Shown in pieces: positions 1-9,794 of a DNA stretch of 64,000 nt; within the stretch, counting starts at the first letter, position 1, and each line of letters begins with the position of its first letter. The position numbers and the translations under genes were made by a program. Where the stretch lies: NCBI RefSeq assembly GCF_057098645.1, contig NZ_CM169472.1; one strand, given 5' to 3'. Below the pieces are notes generated by a model. It did no database searches, was not told the DNA's origin, and saw nothing but the letters and a program-made list of their open reading frames with translations.

Positions 1-1331
1 AGCTGGAACGCAATCATCCCAACGATGGCACCGACAGTGCCGAGGATGGTTTCCATCATGGTCCAGGTTTTCAGCGTTTCGGCTTCGGTCGCGCCGGTAA
101 ATTTACCGAACAACCAGAAACCAGCGTCGTTAACGTGGCTGACAACAATCGAACCACCGGCGATACAAATCGACAGCGCCGCCATTTGCGCACCGGAGTA
201 GTTCAGTTGTTCAATGACTGGCATCACCAGTCCCACCGCCGTTAAACAGGCAACGGTGGCAGAACCCTGAATGATGCGCACTGCAGCGGCCAGCACGAAG
301 CAGGTGATAGCAATCGGCAGGCCCATGCCGGTTAACGCTTCGCCCAGTGCCGGACCTACGCCAGAGTCAACCAGCACCTGTTTGAACACGCCGCCCGCAC
401 CAATCACCAGCAGAATGATCCCCGCCGGTTGCAGCGCGTGACCGCAAATCTCCATCACTTTGTCTTTTGGCATGCCCTGACGCATTGCCAGGCCATAAAT
501 CGCTACCAGACAAGCAACCAGAATTGCGGTAAACGGATGACCAATAAACTCGAACCATTCGTAAGCGGTAGAGCCTTCTGGCACAAAACGCGCGGCAATG
601 GTTTTCAGCCCCACCAGCACCAGCGGCAGCAGGATCAGCGACAGGCTGAATCCGAAGGACGGCATTTTGCCTTCGCCGAGATGCGGCTCGCTGATGTCGT
701 CAGGAATATGCAACTCCACGTAGCGGCTGATGAAGTTACCCCACAGCGGCCCGGCAATAATCATTCCCGGAATTGCCGCACACAGGCCAATCAGGATCAT
801 CCAGCCAAAATCGGCGTTCATCTGCGATGCCAGCAGCATTGGCGCTGGCCCTGGCACCAGGAACGCCGCCGCTGCCGCCACGCCTGCGAATAATGGGATT
901 ACCAGCTTCACCAGGTTCGTACCGGTGTGGCGCGCCATTGAGAAAGCAACGCTAATCAGCAGAACAATCGCCACTTCAAAGAACAGCGGTAGCGCACAGA
1001 CCAGCCCCGCAAGGCCGATGGCATAATGCGCGCGGCTGTGACCGAAGGATTTAAGCATTTTGACGGCAATCTGATCGACTGCGCCGGTTTCATGTAAGAT
1101 CTTGCCAAACATAGCTCCCAGGGCGACAACCACCGCCAGGAAGCCGAGGGTGCCTCCCATCCCTTTTTCCATCGTCGCTGCGATTTTATCGAGCGGCATA
1201 CCGGAAAAAAGGCCAGCCCCCATGGACACCACCATTAAAGCCAGGAAAGCGTGCATACGCGCCTTCATGACTAAAAACAGCAGCAGTAAAACAGACCCTA
1301 CTGCTGTTAAAACAAGCGTTAATGTAGTCAC
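1..1331 (-). CDS. gntU: Gluconate:H+ symporter (GntP family), 5' portion; gene continues beyond window start
   Basis: Reverse-strand translation from GTG at 1331 gives MTTLTLVLTAVGSVLLLLFLVMKARMHAFLALMVV... with no stop to position 1; sits 4 nt downstream of the gntK stop, as in the gntRKU operon. Confidence 0.85.
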   Translation of the reverse strand, partial: MTTLTLVLTAVGSVLLLLFLVMKARMHAFLALMVVSMGAGLFSGMPLDKIAATMEKGMGGTLGFLAVVVALGAMFGKILHETGAVDQIAVKMLKSFGHSRAHYAIGLAGLVCALPLFFEVAIVLLISVAFSMARHTGTNLVKLVIPLFAGVAAAAAFLVPGPAPMLLASQMNADFGWMILIGLCAAIPGMIIAGPLWGNFISRYVELHIPDDISEPHLGEGKMPSFGFSLSLILLPLVLVGLKTIAARFVPEGSTAYEWFEFIGHPFTAILVACLVAIYGLAMRQGMPKDKVMEICGHALQPAGIILLVIGAGGVFKQVLVDSGVGPALGEALTGMGLPIAITCFVLAAAVRIIQGSATVACLTAVGLVMPVIEQLNYSGAQMAALSICIAGGSIVVSHVNDAGFWLFGKFTGATEAETLKTWTMMETILGTVGAIVGMIAFQ

Positions 1332-1334
1332 TAC

Positions 1335-1862
1335 TTATTTGCCTTTTTTAATAACCTCAATGGTGCTTGCCACAACACCTTCCAGCGGTTGATCGATATC
1401 CACCACCAGTACATCGGTTTCGTCCGCACCCGGCTCCTGCAGCGTTTCAAACTGCGTCACCAACATTTGGGTTTTAAAGAAATGGCCTTTGCGCGCTTTC
1501 AGGCGGCTTTCAATCACATCAAAATCGCCTTTCAGGTAGATGAAAGAGAGATTCGGATTACCTTCACGCAGCAAGTCGCGATAGTGTTTTTTCAATGCAG
1601 AACAGACGATCAGTGACACTTTATTAGTGCGCTGCATAGCAAACGCGGCGTCGTTCAGCGCCTGCAACCACGGTTTGCGATCATCGTCATTCAGCGGTTC
1701 GCCAGACGCCATTTTTTCGATATTGCGCCGTGGATGGAGGAAATCGCCATCAAGAAACGCGGCATGAAGTTGATGCGCCACTTCACTTGCGACCGCAGAT
1801 TTGCCGCTGCCCGATACGCCCATCAAGACGTAAATGTGGTGATCATGGTTAGTCGTGCTCAA
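1335..1862 (-). CDS. gntK: Gluconokinase (175 aa)
   Basis: ORF track 1335..1883; Walker A GVSGSGKS; start moved to the TTG giving MSTTNHDHH; lies between gntR and gntU. Confidence 0.9.
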   Translation of the reverse strand: MSTTNHDHHIYVLMGVSGSGKSAVASEVAHQLHAAFLDGDFLHPRRNIEKMASGEPLNDDDRKPWLQALNDAAFAMQRTNKVSLIVCSALKKHYRDLLREGNPNLSFIYLKGDFDVIESRLKARKGHFFKTQMLVTQFETLQEPGADETDVLVVDIDQPLEGVVASTIEVIKKGK

Positions 1863-1892
1863 AGTGGTGCCCCCACAATACAAGAATTAAAA

Positions 1893-1921
1893 ATGTTACG
1901 GGTAACTGTTATCGGTAACAT
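1893..1921 (-). promoter_or_regulatory. GntR operator palindrome in the gntK promoter region
   Basis: Near-perfect palindrome ATGTTACGGGTAACTGTTATCGGTAACAT between gntR stop and gntK start. Confidence 0.55.
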
Positions 1922-2000
1922 TGTCCAGCCGGACATTATCAGAAGCAATATCCATCCGTGCCTTAAGTGTATAAGTGTGAGCTACTTCAAATTTGTGGGC

Positions 2001-2996
2001 TTAAATAGATCCGCCCGGTGACAAGGTGAAACCTAAATCTAACATTTTCGGTGTCACAGATTCGCCACGAATACGCGCCAGCAGGCGTTCAGCGCCAATA
2101 CTGCCCATCCGCTCACGCGGCGTCAGCACGCTCGCAAGTCGTGGCTCCATCACCTGACCAATGTCATGACCGTGGAAACCGGCAATCGCCATATCGTCAG
2201 GAACTTTTAACCCCAGACGCTGACATTCAAACGCCGCGCCGACCGCCAGGTCATCATTAGTACAGAACACGCCATCCAGCTGCGGATATTCTCGCCGCGC
2301 CTGGCGAATCAGTTCAATACCGGAAGAGTAAGAAGAAGATTGCTCAACCATCACGCTATACGGCACCAGGCCTGCATCCAGCATCGCCTGTTCGTATCCC
2401 TTCTGTTTGATGATAGTACGTTCGTCGAGACGTGCGCCGAGATAGGCAATGTGGCGATGGCCGCGAGCAATAATGGCGGCGGTCATCTGGCGTGCCGCTT
2501 CAAAGTTATCAAAACCGACGGCGATATCGAGGCACGGCGACTTGCTGTCCATCAGTTCCACCACGGGAATACCCGCCACTTCAATCATCTTTAAGGTGCG
2601 CGGCGTGTGGGTACGTTCGGTGAGGATAAGTCCGTCGATATTCCATGAGAGCATTGATTCGAGACGTTCTTGCTCCATTTCCGGTTTATAACCGTAGTGC
2701 GCCAGCATGGTCTGATAACCGTGCGCGTCGGTGACACTTTCGATTCCGCGTAATACTTCCGCGAAAACCTGGTTGGTGAGAGAAGGTAACAGGACGCCAA
2801 TCGCCCGGCTGGTGGCGTTAGAGAGGATATCGGGCGCACGATTGGGAATATAGCCCAGTTCATCAAGAGCCGCGGCAATCTTGCCGCGTAGAGCGACGGA
2901 AACCTGCTCCGGGTTGCGTAAAAAACGGCTGACCGTCATTTTGGTCACGCCTACACGGTCAGCCACATCCTGAAGTACGGGTCTTTTCTTTTTCAT
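2001..2996 (-). CDS. gntR: LacI-family gluconate repressor
   Basis: 331 aa ORF; N-terminal HTH (VTKMTVSRFL) and periplasmic-binding-protein-like sugar domain; position upstream of gntK. Confidence 0.9.
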   Translation of the reverse strand: MKKKRPVLQDVADRVGVTKMTVSRFLRNPEQVSVALRGKIAAALDELGYIPNRAPDILSNATSRAIGVLLPSLTNQVFAEVLRGIESVTDAHGYQTMLAHYGYKPEMEQERLESMLSWNIDGLILTERTHTPRTLKMIEVAGIPVVELMDSKSPCLDIAVGFDNFEAARQMTAAIIARGHRHIAYLGARLDERTIIKQKGYEQAMLDAGLVPYSVMVEQSSSYSSGIELIRQARREYPQLDGVFCTNDDLAVGAAFECQRLGLKVPDDMAIAGFHGHDIGQVMEPRLASVLTPRERMGSIGAERLLARIRGESVTPKMLDLGFTLSPGGSI

Positions 2997-3219
2997 CGTC
3001 CTGAAGGTACAAAAGAGATAGATTCTCTTAGTTTAACACGGACGCATCAGAACCTTCCCGGGGAAAACAGTGCTTGTTTACAATTATTAGATATACACTA
3101 AATCAATTGCATCGCATTGTGCTAACGACGCGGCAAAACCCCGGAAGCGTACATCAGCACGCGACCGGAGCGAGCGAGGAAGCCTGCAAAAAGGCAGGCT
3201 TCAAAGATGCCGTTGAGCT

Positions 3220-3915
3220 TTAAACCGGCGGCAGATCGAACAGTAACACTTCGCTGTCGCTATCCGCATGGATGGAGATTGCCTGCTCATCCCAGATTGC
3301 CAGACCATCGCTGGTCGAGGCTTTCACGCCGTTAATGGTGACATTGCCTTTCACCACCTGGATCCAGACGCGGCGTTCAGCGGCAATCTGATGCACCGAC
3401 TGCTCATCTTTCAGCAACGCCCAGCGGTACAGTTCCATATCCTGATGCACTTTCAATGAACCATCTCGCGCATCTGGCGAAAGCACCAGTTGTTTGCCCT
3501 GTACAGCATCGAAGCGACGCTGTTCATAACGCGGCGTAATACCATTTTCTTCAGGCATGATCCAGATCTGATACAGATGCAGACGCTCGGTGCTGCTTGG
3601 GTTGTACTCTGAGTGACGAATACCCGTACCCGCACTCATAATCTGGAACTCGCCCGCCGGAACCTGCTCTTTATTGCCCATGCTGTCCTGGTGCTCAACA
3701 GTACCTTCCAGCACGTAGGTCAAAATTTCCATATCTTTATGCGGGTGAGTGCCGAAGCCCTGCCCTGCTTCAATCACGTCGTCGTTAATCACGCGCAGCG
3801 CGGAGAAGCCCATAAAGTTCGGATCGTAATAGTTGGCAAAAGAGAAAGTATGCCAGGAGTCCAGCCAGCCATGATTTGCATGACCACGTTCATTTGCTTT
3901 GCGTAAGTAGATCAT
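3220..3915 (-). CDS. yhhW: Pirin-like cupin protein (quercetin 2,3-dioxygenase family)
   Basis: 231 aa ORF with cupin His motifs (HPHKDMEILTYVLEG); conserved position after gntR. Confidence 0.8.
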   Translation of the reverse strand: MIYLRKANERGHANHGWLDSWHTFSFANYYDPNFMGFSALRVINDDVIEAGQGFGTHPHKDMEILTYVLEGTVEHQDSMGNKEQVPAGEFQIMSAGTGIRHSEYNPSSTERLHLYQIWIMPEENGITPRYEQRRFDAVQGKQLVLSPDARDGSLKVHQDMELYRWALLKDEQSVHQIAAERRVWIQVVKGNVTINGVKASTSDGLAIWDEQAISIHADSDSEVLLFDLPPV

Positions 3916-4037
3916 TTGTATTCGCCCCCTGAATGATTTCGATGGGCTTAGTGTGGACCCGATCTGCCTGGGATGATAGAGGGTGAAAATTGACCCCTCT
4001 GTTCAAAAAAATTGAACTATTCGAGGGGCCATCAAAC

Positions 4038-5075
4038 TTACTTCGCGAGAGTCACTGTGGAGGGAGAGGCTTGCTCGAATCCGCGTTCAAGGATTTCCAG
4101 ATTCGTAAGAACTTCAGATTCCTTGACGTAATTTGGCGCACCGTGGGTGATGGTTTGATACAACGCATCATAAACGCGCCCGTAATCGCCCATCTCCGGC
4201 TTCATCTCTTCTCTGACCGTCACGCCCTCGTCATTGACATACTCCAGCACACCGACCGAATCATCCGCTGCGAATCCCGGTTCGCCCGGCATAATATTAG
4301 CCTTCAGGCTGGTTTCCTGCTGGTCGATACCGTATTTAATAAACGAACCTTTCTTACCGTGAACGATAAATTTCGGATAATCGATTTTCACCAGATGGCT
4401 GGTTTTGACGATGGCTTTCAGGTCGCCATAAAACAGTTGCGCTTCAAAGGTGTCGTCAGGATTGGCTTTATTACGCAGGCTGCGGATGTCATAAGCGACG
4501 TGATCCGGGCGACCGAACAGAGAAATAATCTGGTCCATCGTATGCACACCAAGGCCATAGAACGCGCCATCCTGCGGCAGCCCAGGTTTGGTTTCTGCCA
4601 CCGGGCGGTAATAGTCAAAATGGCTTTCCACTTCAACAATCTCTCCCAGCTTACCGCTTTCAATCGCTTTTTTCGCCGTCAGGAAGCAGGAATCAAAGCG
4701 ACGATTCTGATACGGCGTGACGGTCAGCCCTTTGCTTTTCGCCAGTGCAAACAGCTCCTTCGCCTGGGCAAGCGTCGGGGTGAACGGTTTTTCGACCAGC
4801 ACATTTTTCCCGGCTTCCAGCGCGCGTTTCGCGTACTCGAAATGGCTGTCCGCGTGGGTGCAGACAACAACCAGCTTAACATCGGGATCGTTTAGCACTT
4901 CGTCGAGATCGCTGGTGAAATGGATATGAGAGTAAATGGGAGCCTGTTCTTCCGGCTTCGCATGGCGACGAAAAATATGCGCGACATGCCAGCTATCCTT
5001 GCGGTTAAGTACATACGGCAGATGGTAACGGGTGGTGCTTTTGCCGAAGCCAATAAAGGCGCAGTTGATGACCAT
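4038..5075 (-). CDS. yhhX: Gfo/Idh/MocA-family NAD(P)-dependent oxidoreductase
   Basis: 345 aa ORF; N-terminal Rossmann motif (INCAFIGFGKST). Confidence 0.8.
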   Translation of the reverse strand: MVINCAFIGFGKSTTRYHLPYVLNRKDSWHVAHIFRRHAKPEEQAPIYSHIHFTSDLDEVLNDPDVKLVVVCTHADSHFEYAKRALEAGKNVLVEKPFTPTLAQAKELFALAKSKGLTVTPYQNRRFDSCFLTAKKAIESGKLGEIVEVESHFDYYRPVAETKPGLPQDGAFYGLGVHTMDQIISLFGRPDHVAYDIRSLRNKANPDDTFEAQLFYGDLKAIVKTSHLVKIDYPKFIVHGKKGSFIKYGIDQQETSLKANIMPGEPGFAADDSVGVLEYVNDEGVTVREEMKPEMGDYGRVYDALYQTITHGAPNYVKESEVLTNLEILERGFEQASPSTVTLAK

Positions 5076-5196
5076 GATTTCGTCCTTTTTAAGGTGGTTA
5101 TTTACACCTTAGCGCAAAGCGGACGTGGTTCCTACTGGAGTGCGCATAACGAACACAAGCCCCCCCGTGGATAAATTGAGAACGAAAGATCAAAAA

Positions 5197-5286
5197 AAAA
5201 GCCAGCACCCGGCTGGCTAAGTAATACTGGAAGCAATGTGAGCAATGTCGTGCTTTCAGGTTCTCCGCGAGGGTCTTCCTGATCGC
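5197..5286 (-). ncRNA. ryhB: RyhB iron-responsive small RNA
   Basis: Reverse complement reads GCGATCAGGAAGACCCTCGCGGAGAACCTGAAAGCACGACATTGCTCACATTGCTTCCAGTATTACTTAGCCAGCCGGGTGCTGGCTTTT, ending in a GC-rich hairpin plus U-run; located between yhhX and yhhY. Confidence 0.85.
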
Positions 5287-5325
5287 GAGACAATAATAAT
5301 CATTCTCATTCGCACTTGTCCAACA
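5287..5325 (-). promoter_or_regulatory. ryhB promoter with Fur box
   Basis: Directly upstream of the RyhB 5' end on the minus strand: GAATGAGAATGATTATTATTGTCTC resembles the Fur consensus GATAATGATAATCATTATC. Confidence 0.55.
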
Positions 5326-5407
5326 CTTTTTGCAAAAAAATGCATTTGACTCGCATTTGAAAGTCAATGATGTTGAAAGGGACATTTACCCCAAAGAGGA
5401 CAAAGGA

Positions 5408-5896
5408 ATGAGTGAGATAGTAATACGCCACGCAGAAACACGGGATTACGAGGCCATTCGGCAGATTCACGCCCAGCCAGAGGTGTATTACAACACGCTA
5501 CAGGTGCCTCATCCTTCCGATCATATGTGGCAGGAGCGACTCGCCGATCGTCCCGGCATCAAACAGTTAGTTGCCTGTATTGATGGAACCGTCGTGGGTC
5601 ACCTCACCATTGACGTGCAACAGCGCCCACGCCGCAGTCATGTTGCCGATTTTGGTATCTGTGTCGACTCCCGTTGGAAGAATCGCGGCGTCGCCAGCGC
5701 CCTTATGCGAGAGATGATTGAAATGTGCGACAACTGGTTGCGGGTAGATCGTATCGAGCTAACGGTGTTCGTCGATAACGCGCCAGCAATTAAGGTCTAT
5801 AAAAAATACGGCTTTGAAATTGAAGGGACTGGTAAGAAGTACGCATTGCGTAATGGTGAATATGTCGATGCGTATTATATGGCGCGGGTGAAGTAA
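5408..5896 (+). CDS. yhhY: GNAT-family N-acetyltransferase (162 aa)
   Basis: ORF track 5330..5896; start moved to ATG giving MSEIVIRHAETRDYEAI; acetyl-CoA motif region RGVASALMREMIE. Confidence 0.8.
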   Translation: MSEIVIRHAETRDYEAIRQIHAQPEVYYNTLQVPHPSDHMWQERLADRPGIKQLVACIDGTVVGHLTIDVQQRPRRSHVADFGICVDSRWKNRGVASALMREMIEMCDNWLRVDRIELTVFVDNAPAIKVYKKYGFEIEGTGKKYALRNGEYVDAYYMARVK

Positions 5897-6132
5897 GATA
5901 GTGCCCTTTTTCTGAGATGGAAAAAGGGTGTCATTCAAAATCGGCATACCTTCCTTTAATGTATTTATTTTCCCAATAAATATATTGAGATTTACCTCAT
6001 AATTACTTCCTAAAGTGTAATATTTTATTTTTTAATATATACGCCTACAATTTCCTGGAGTAAATAAATAAAAATTAACAAGCATAATAGTGCCATTGAT
6101 AAAATAGCATGCCATAAAAGGACTTTTCAGGG

Positions 6133-6878
6133 ATGAGTAATATTGTTTATCTGACAGTAACGGGAGAACAACAAGGAAGCATCTCCGCAGGTTGTGGGAC
6201 TACTTAATCTATAGGTAATCGCTGGCAGAGCGGGCATGAGAATGAAATATTTACATTCTCACTCGCAAATAGCATTACTAATACGGGGCTTGGTTCACAG
6301 TTACAGGGTATAACATTTTGTAAATTAATTGATAAAAGCACTCCATTACTTATTAATTCCATTAACAATAATGAGCAATTATTTATGGAATTTGACTTTT
6401 ATAGAATCAATAGATTTGGCAGATGGGAAAAGTATTATTATATACAACTAAGAGGCGCTTTTTTATCGGCTATTCATCATCAGATCATTGAAAATCAACT
6501 GGATACAGAAACAATAACTGTTAGTTATGAATTTATCCTCTGTCAACATCTTATCGCAAATACCGAGTTCAGCTATTTGGTTGGCACTCCCTGAAAATTA
6601 TAACCGTTTGTTTTTACCAAATTCAAAAAACCAAACAAATAATGGTTTCAAAACGTTAAACAGCAAAGCTGTTGGCAGGCTACTTGCTGCTGGTGGCGTA
6701 TACAATGGGAACATTGAAGGTTTCAGAGATACTGCGGAAAAACTGGGTGGAGATGCAATCAAAGGCTATGATCAAATACTAAATGAAAAAACAGCGGGCA
6801 TAGCGATAGCAACAGCATCTATTCTTTTAACAAAGCGTTCTAAAGTTGATACATATACAGAAATAAATAGTTACTTAG
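6133..6878 (+). pseudogene. yhhZ: Hcp-domain-fused toxin gene, 5' part (Hcp-ET type T6SS effector); in-frame TAA at 6205-6207 and a frameshift in the 6527-6594 overlap
   Basis: ATG 6133 encodes MSNIVYLTVTGEQQGSISAGCGTT then stop; same frame reopens 6208..6594 (SIGNRWQSGHENEIFTFSLANSITNTGLGSQLQGITFCKLIDK...), then shifts to the 6527..6925 frame and runs into the IS5 end; AT-rich; positional equivalent of K-12 yhhZ (symbol assigned by position, from memory). Confidence 0.6.
6875..6878. repeat. Target-site duplication TTAG (left copy) of the IS5 insertion
   Basis: TTAG immediately precedes the IS left terminus GGAAGGTGCGAATAAGC at 6879; identical TTAG follows the right terminus at 8075. Confidence 0.7.
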
Positions 6879-8074
<1,196 letters not shown>

Positions 8075-8078
8075 TTAG
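8075..8078. repeat. Target-site duplication TTAG (right copy)
   Basis: See left copy at 6875-6878. Confidence 0.7.
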
Positions 8079-8515
8079 GCAAACTTAGAGGTCAACAAAA
8101 ACTTCTTGATGGCATAGACATAATAGAAATAAAATACATTAAGAGACCTTCAAAAGACTTAGCTAACTTACGAAAGGAGTTTAACAAAACTGTAAGAAAA
8201 AATTTTCTTATCAAACTTGCAAAAACCTCCGAAGCATCTGGAAGATTCAACGCCGAAGACCTTTTAAGAATGAGAAAGGGCTATGTTCCTCTAAATTATA
8301 ATGTTCACCATAAACTATCTCTAGATGATGGTGGTACTAATGATTTCGAAAATTTAGTATTAATCGAAAACGAACCATATCATAAAGTTTTTACTAACAT
8401 GCAATCACGAATAGCTAAGGGAATATTAGTAGGTGAAAGCAAAATCACTCCCTGGGCCATTCCATCTGGCTCAATTTATCCTCCCATGAAAAATATTATG
8501 GAACCCACAAAATGA
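8075..8515 (+). pseudogene. yhhZ: Hcp-ET toxin gene, 3' part encoding an HNH-type nuclease domain
   Basis: Removing the IS and one TTAG copy joins ...SYL to GKLRGQQKLLDGIDIIEIKY... in frame; C-terminal motif NVHHKLSLDDGGTNDFENLVLIENEPYH is HNH-like; stop TGA 8513-8515 overlaps the next ATG. Confidence 0.65.
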
Positions 8516-9006
8516 TGACTAAAACCCAAATAAACAAATTAATAAAAATGATGAATGATTTAGACTATCCATTTGAAGCACCGCTCAAGGAATCATTTAT
8601 TGAAAGTATAATCCAAATAGAATTTAATTCTAATTCAACTAATTGCCTGGAGAAGTTATGTAATGAAGTTAGTATTCTTTTTAAGAATCAACCTGATTAT
8701 CTTACTTTTTTAAGAGCAATGGATGGATTCGAAGTTAATGGATTGCGATTATTTAGCCTCTCGATTCCAGAACCTTCAGTTAAAAACCTTTTTGCCGTAA
8801 ATGAATTTTATAGAAATAATGATGATTTCATAAACCCTGATCTACAAGAACGGTTAGTGATCGGGGATGATAGCATTTCAATATTTACTTATGACATTAA
8901 AAGTAACTTTTTTGAAATTAGAGATAATATTGGCACAGAAAATATATTCAGTTCGTTTAGTGATTTCTCTTCATTCTTAAACGAAATCATGGACAGTTGT
9001 TCATAA
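8512..9006 (+). CDS. Putative cognate immunity protein of the HNH toxin (164 aa, acidic)
   Basis: ATG overlaps the toxin stop (ATGA); intact ORF MMTKTQINKLIKMMNDLDYPFEAPLKESF...; AT-rich; immediately downstream and co-directional with the toxin; positional equivalent of K-12 yrhA. Confidence 0.55.
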   Translation: MMTKTQINKLIKMMNDLDYPFEAPLKESFIESIIQIEFNSNSTNCLEKLCNEVSILFKNQPDYLTFLRAMDGFEVNGLRLFSLSIPEPSVKNLFAVNEFYRNNDDFINPDLQERLVIGDDSISIFTYDIKSNFFEIRDNIGTENIFSSFSDFSSFLNEIMDSCS

Positions 9007-9455
9007 TAATCAAAAGGAAACAAAAATCATTGTAAACCATGCCATCTTTTTAGAGATTACCACCAGAAAATTCCTTGTTCGAAATTTAGCAATGCAAGCT
9101 ATGGAAAAACTTACAACGGAACTACACTCCTTAAGTGAGATGGACCGAAGACATGTAGTCTCTATTTTAGCCGAAATAGCTAATGGCTATGATGATTTTA
9201 GTGACATGTTGATTTATTTAGAATTTTACCCAAATCATAAGATTCTGATATCTTAAATAAGAAAATCCCGTTCGAAGTTCTGAAAAAGAAATCACAAAAT
9301 ATTAGCAGATACTTATTTCGTGACTATATCTTATCCGATGAACTTTTTTCAAAACCAGCATTTAATAATATCTTTGACGAAGATGAATGCACCTTTGCTC
9401 AATGTATCACACAGGAATAATAATATAACACTCAACAATAATATTTATTATAATT

Positions 9456-9794
9456 ATGATTACTTATCACGACGCATTCGCGAAAGCGAACCATTACCTT
9501 GATGATGCAGATCTCCCGGTCGTCATTACTCTACATGGACGCTTTAGCCAGGGCTGGTATTTCTGTTTCGAAGCACGAGAATTTCTCGAAACTGGAGATG
9601 AGGCCGCGCGCTTAGCTGGTAACGCACCTTTTATTATTGATAAAGACAGTGGTGAAATTCATTCTCTGGGAACGGCAAAGCCGCTGGAAGAATATCTACA
9701 GGATTACGAAAAAAAAAGGCTACCTTCGGCTTGCCCTGACAAAATAGCCCTCTTCCCACGAAGAGGGCCGCTAACCTTAATACCCCGCAGTTAA
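9456..9794 (+). CDS. yrhB: YrhB-like small protein; as read, 112 aa with a C-terminal extension caused by a 1-nt difference in an A9 tract
   Basis: MITYHDAFAKANHYLDDADLPVVITLHGRFSQGWYFCFEAREFLETGDEAARLAGNAPFIIDKDSGEIHSLGTAKPLEEYLQDYE...; A9 run at 9709-9717; with one extra A the frame ends ...KKKATFGLP at TGA 9735-9737 (94 aa). Confidence 0.7.
   Translation: MITYHDAFAKANHYLDDADLPVVITLHGRFSQGWYFCFEAREFLETGDEAARLAGNAPFIIDKDSGEIHSLGTAKPLEEYLQDYEKKRLPSACPDKIALFPRRGPLTLIPRS
9738..9768 (-). terminator. Rho-independent terminator downstream of ggt
   Basis: Stem GCCCTCTTC / GAAGAGGGC (9747-9755 and 9760-9768) followed on the minus strand by a T-rich run (plus-strand AAAAT 9741-9745). Confidence 0.6.

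Noticed and set aside
3181-3204. Hairpin AAGCCTGC-AAAAAG-GCAGGCTT between gntR and yhhW as a terminator
   Set aside because: No convincing U-tract on either strand; may be a protein-binding palindrome or weak structure, not confidently callable
9082-9502. Short ORFs in the AT-rich spacer (about 55-60 aa) as possible extra immunity genes
   Set aside because: No convincing RBS and too short or fragmented; more likely decayed remnants, so not called as genes (kept as a note under the island finding)
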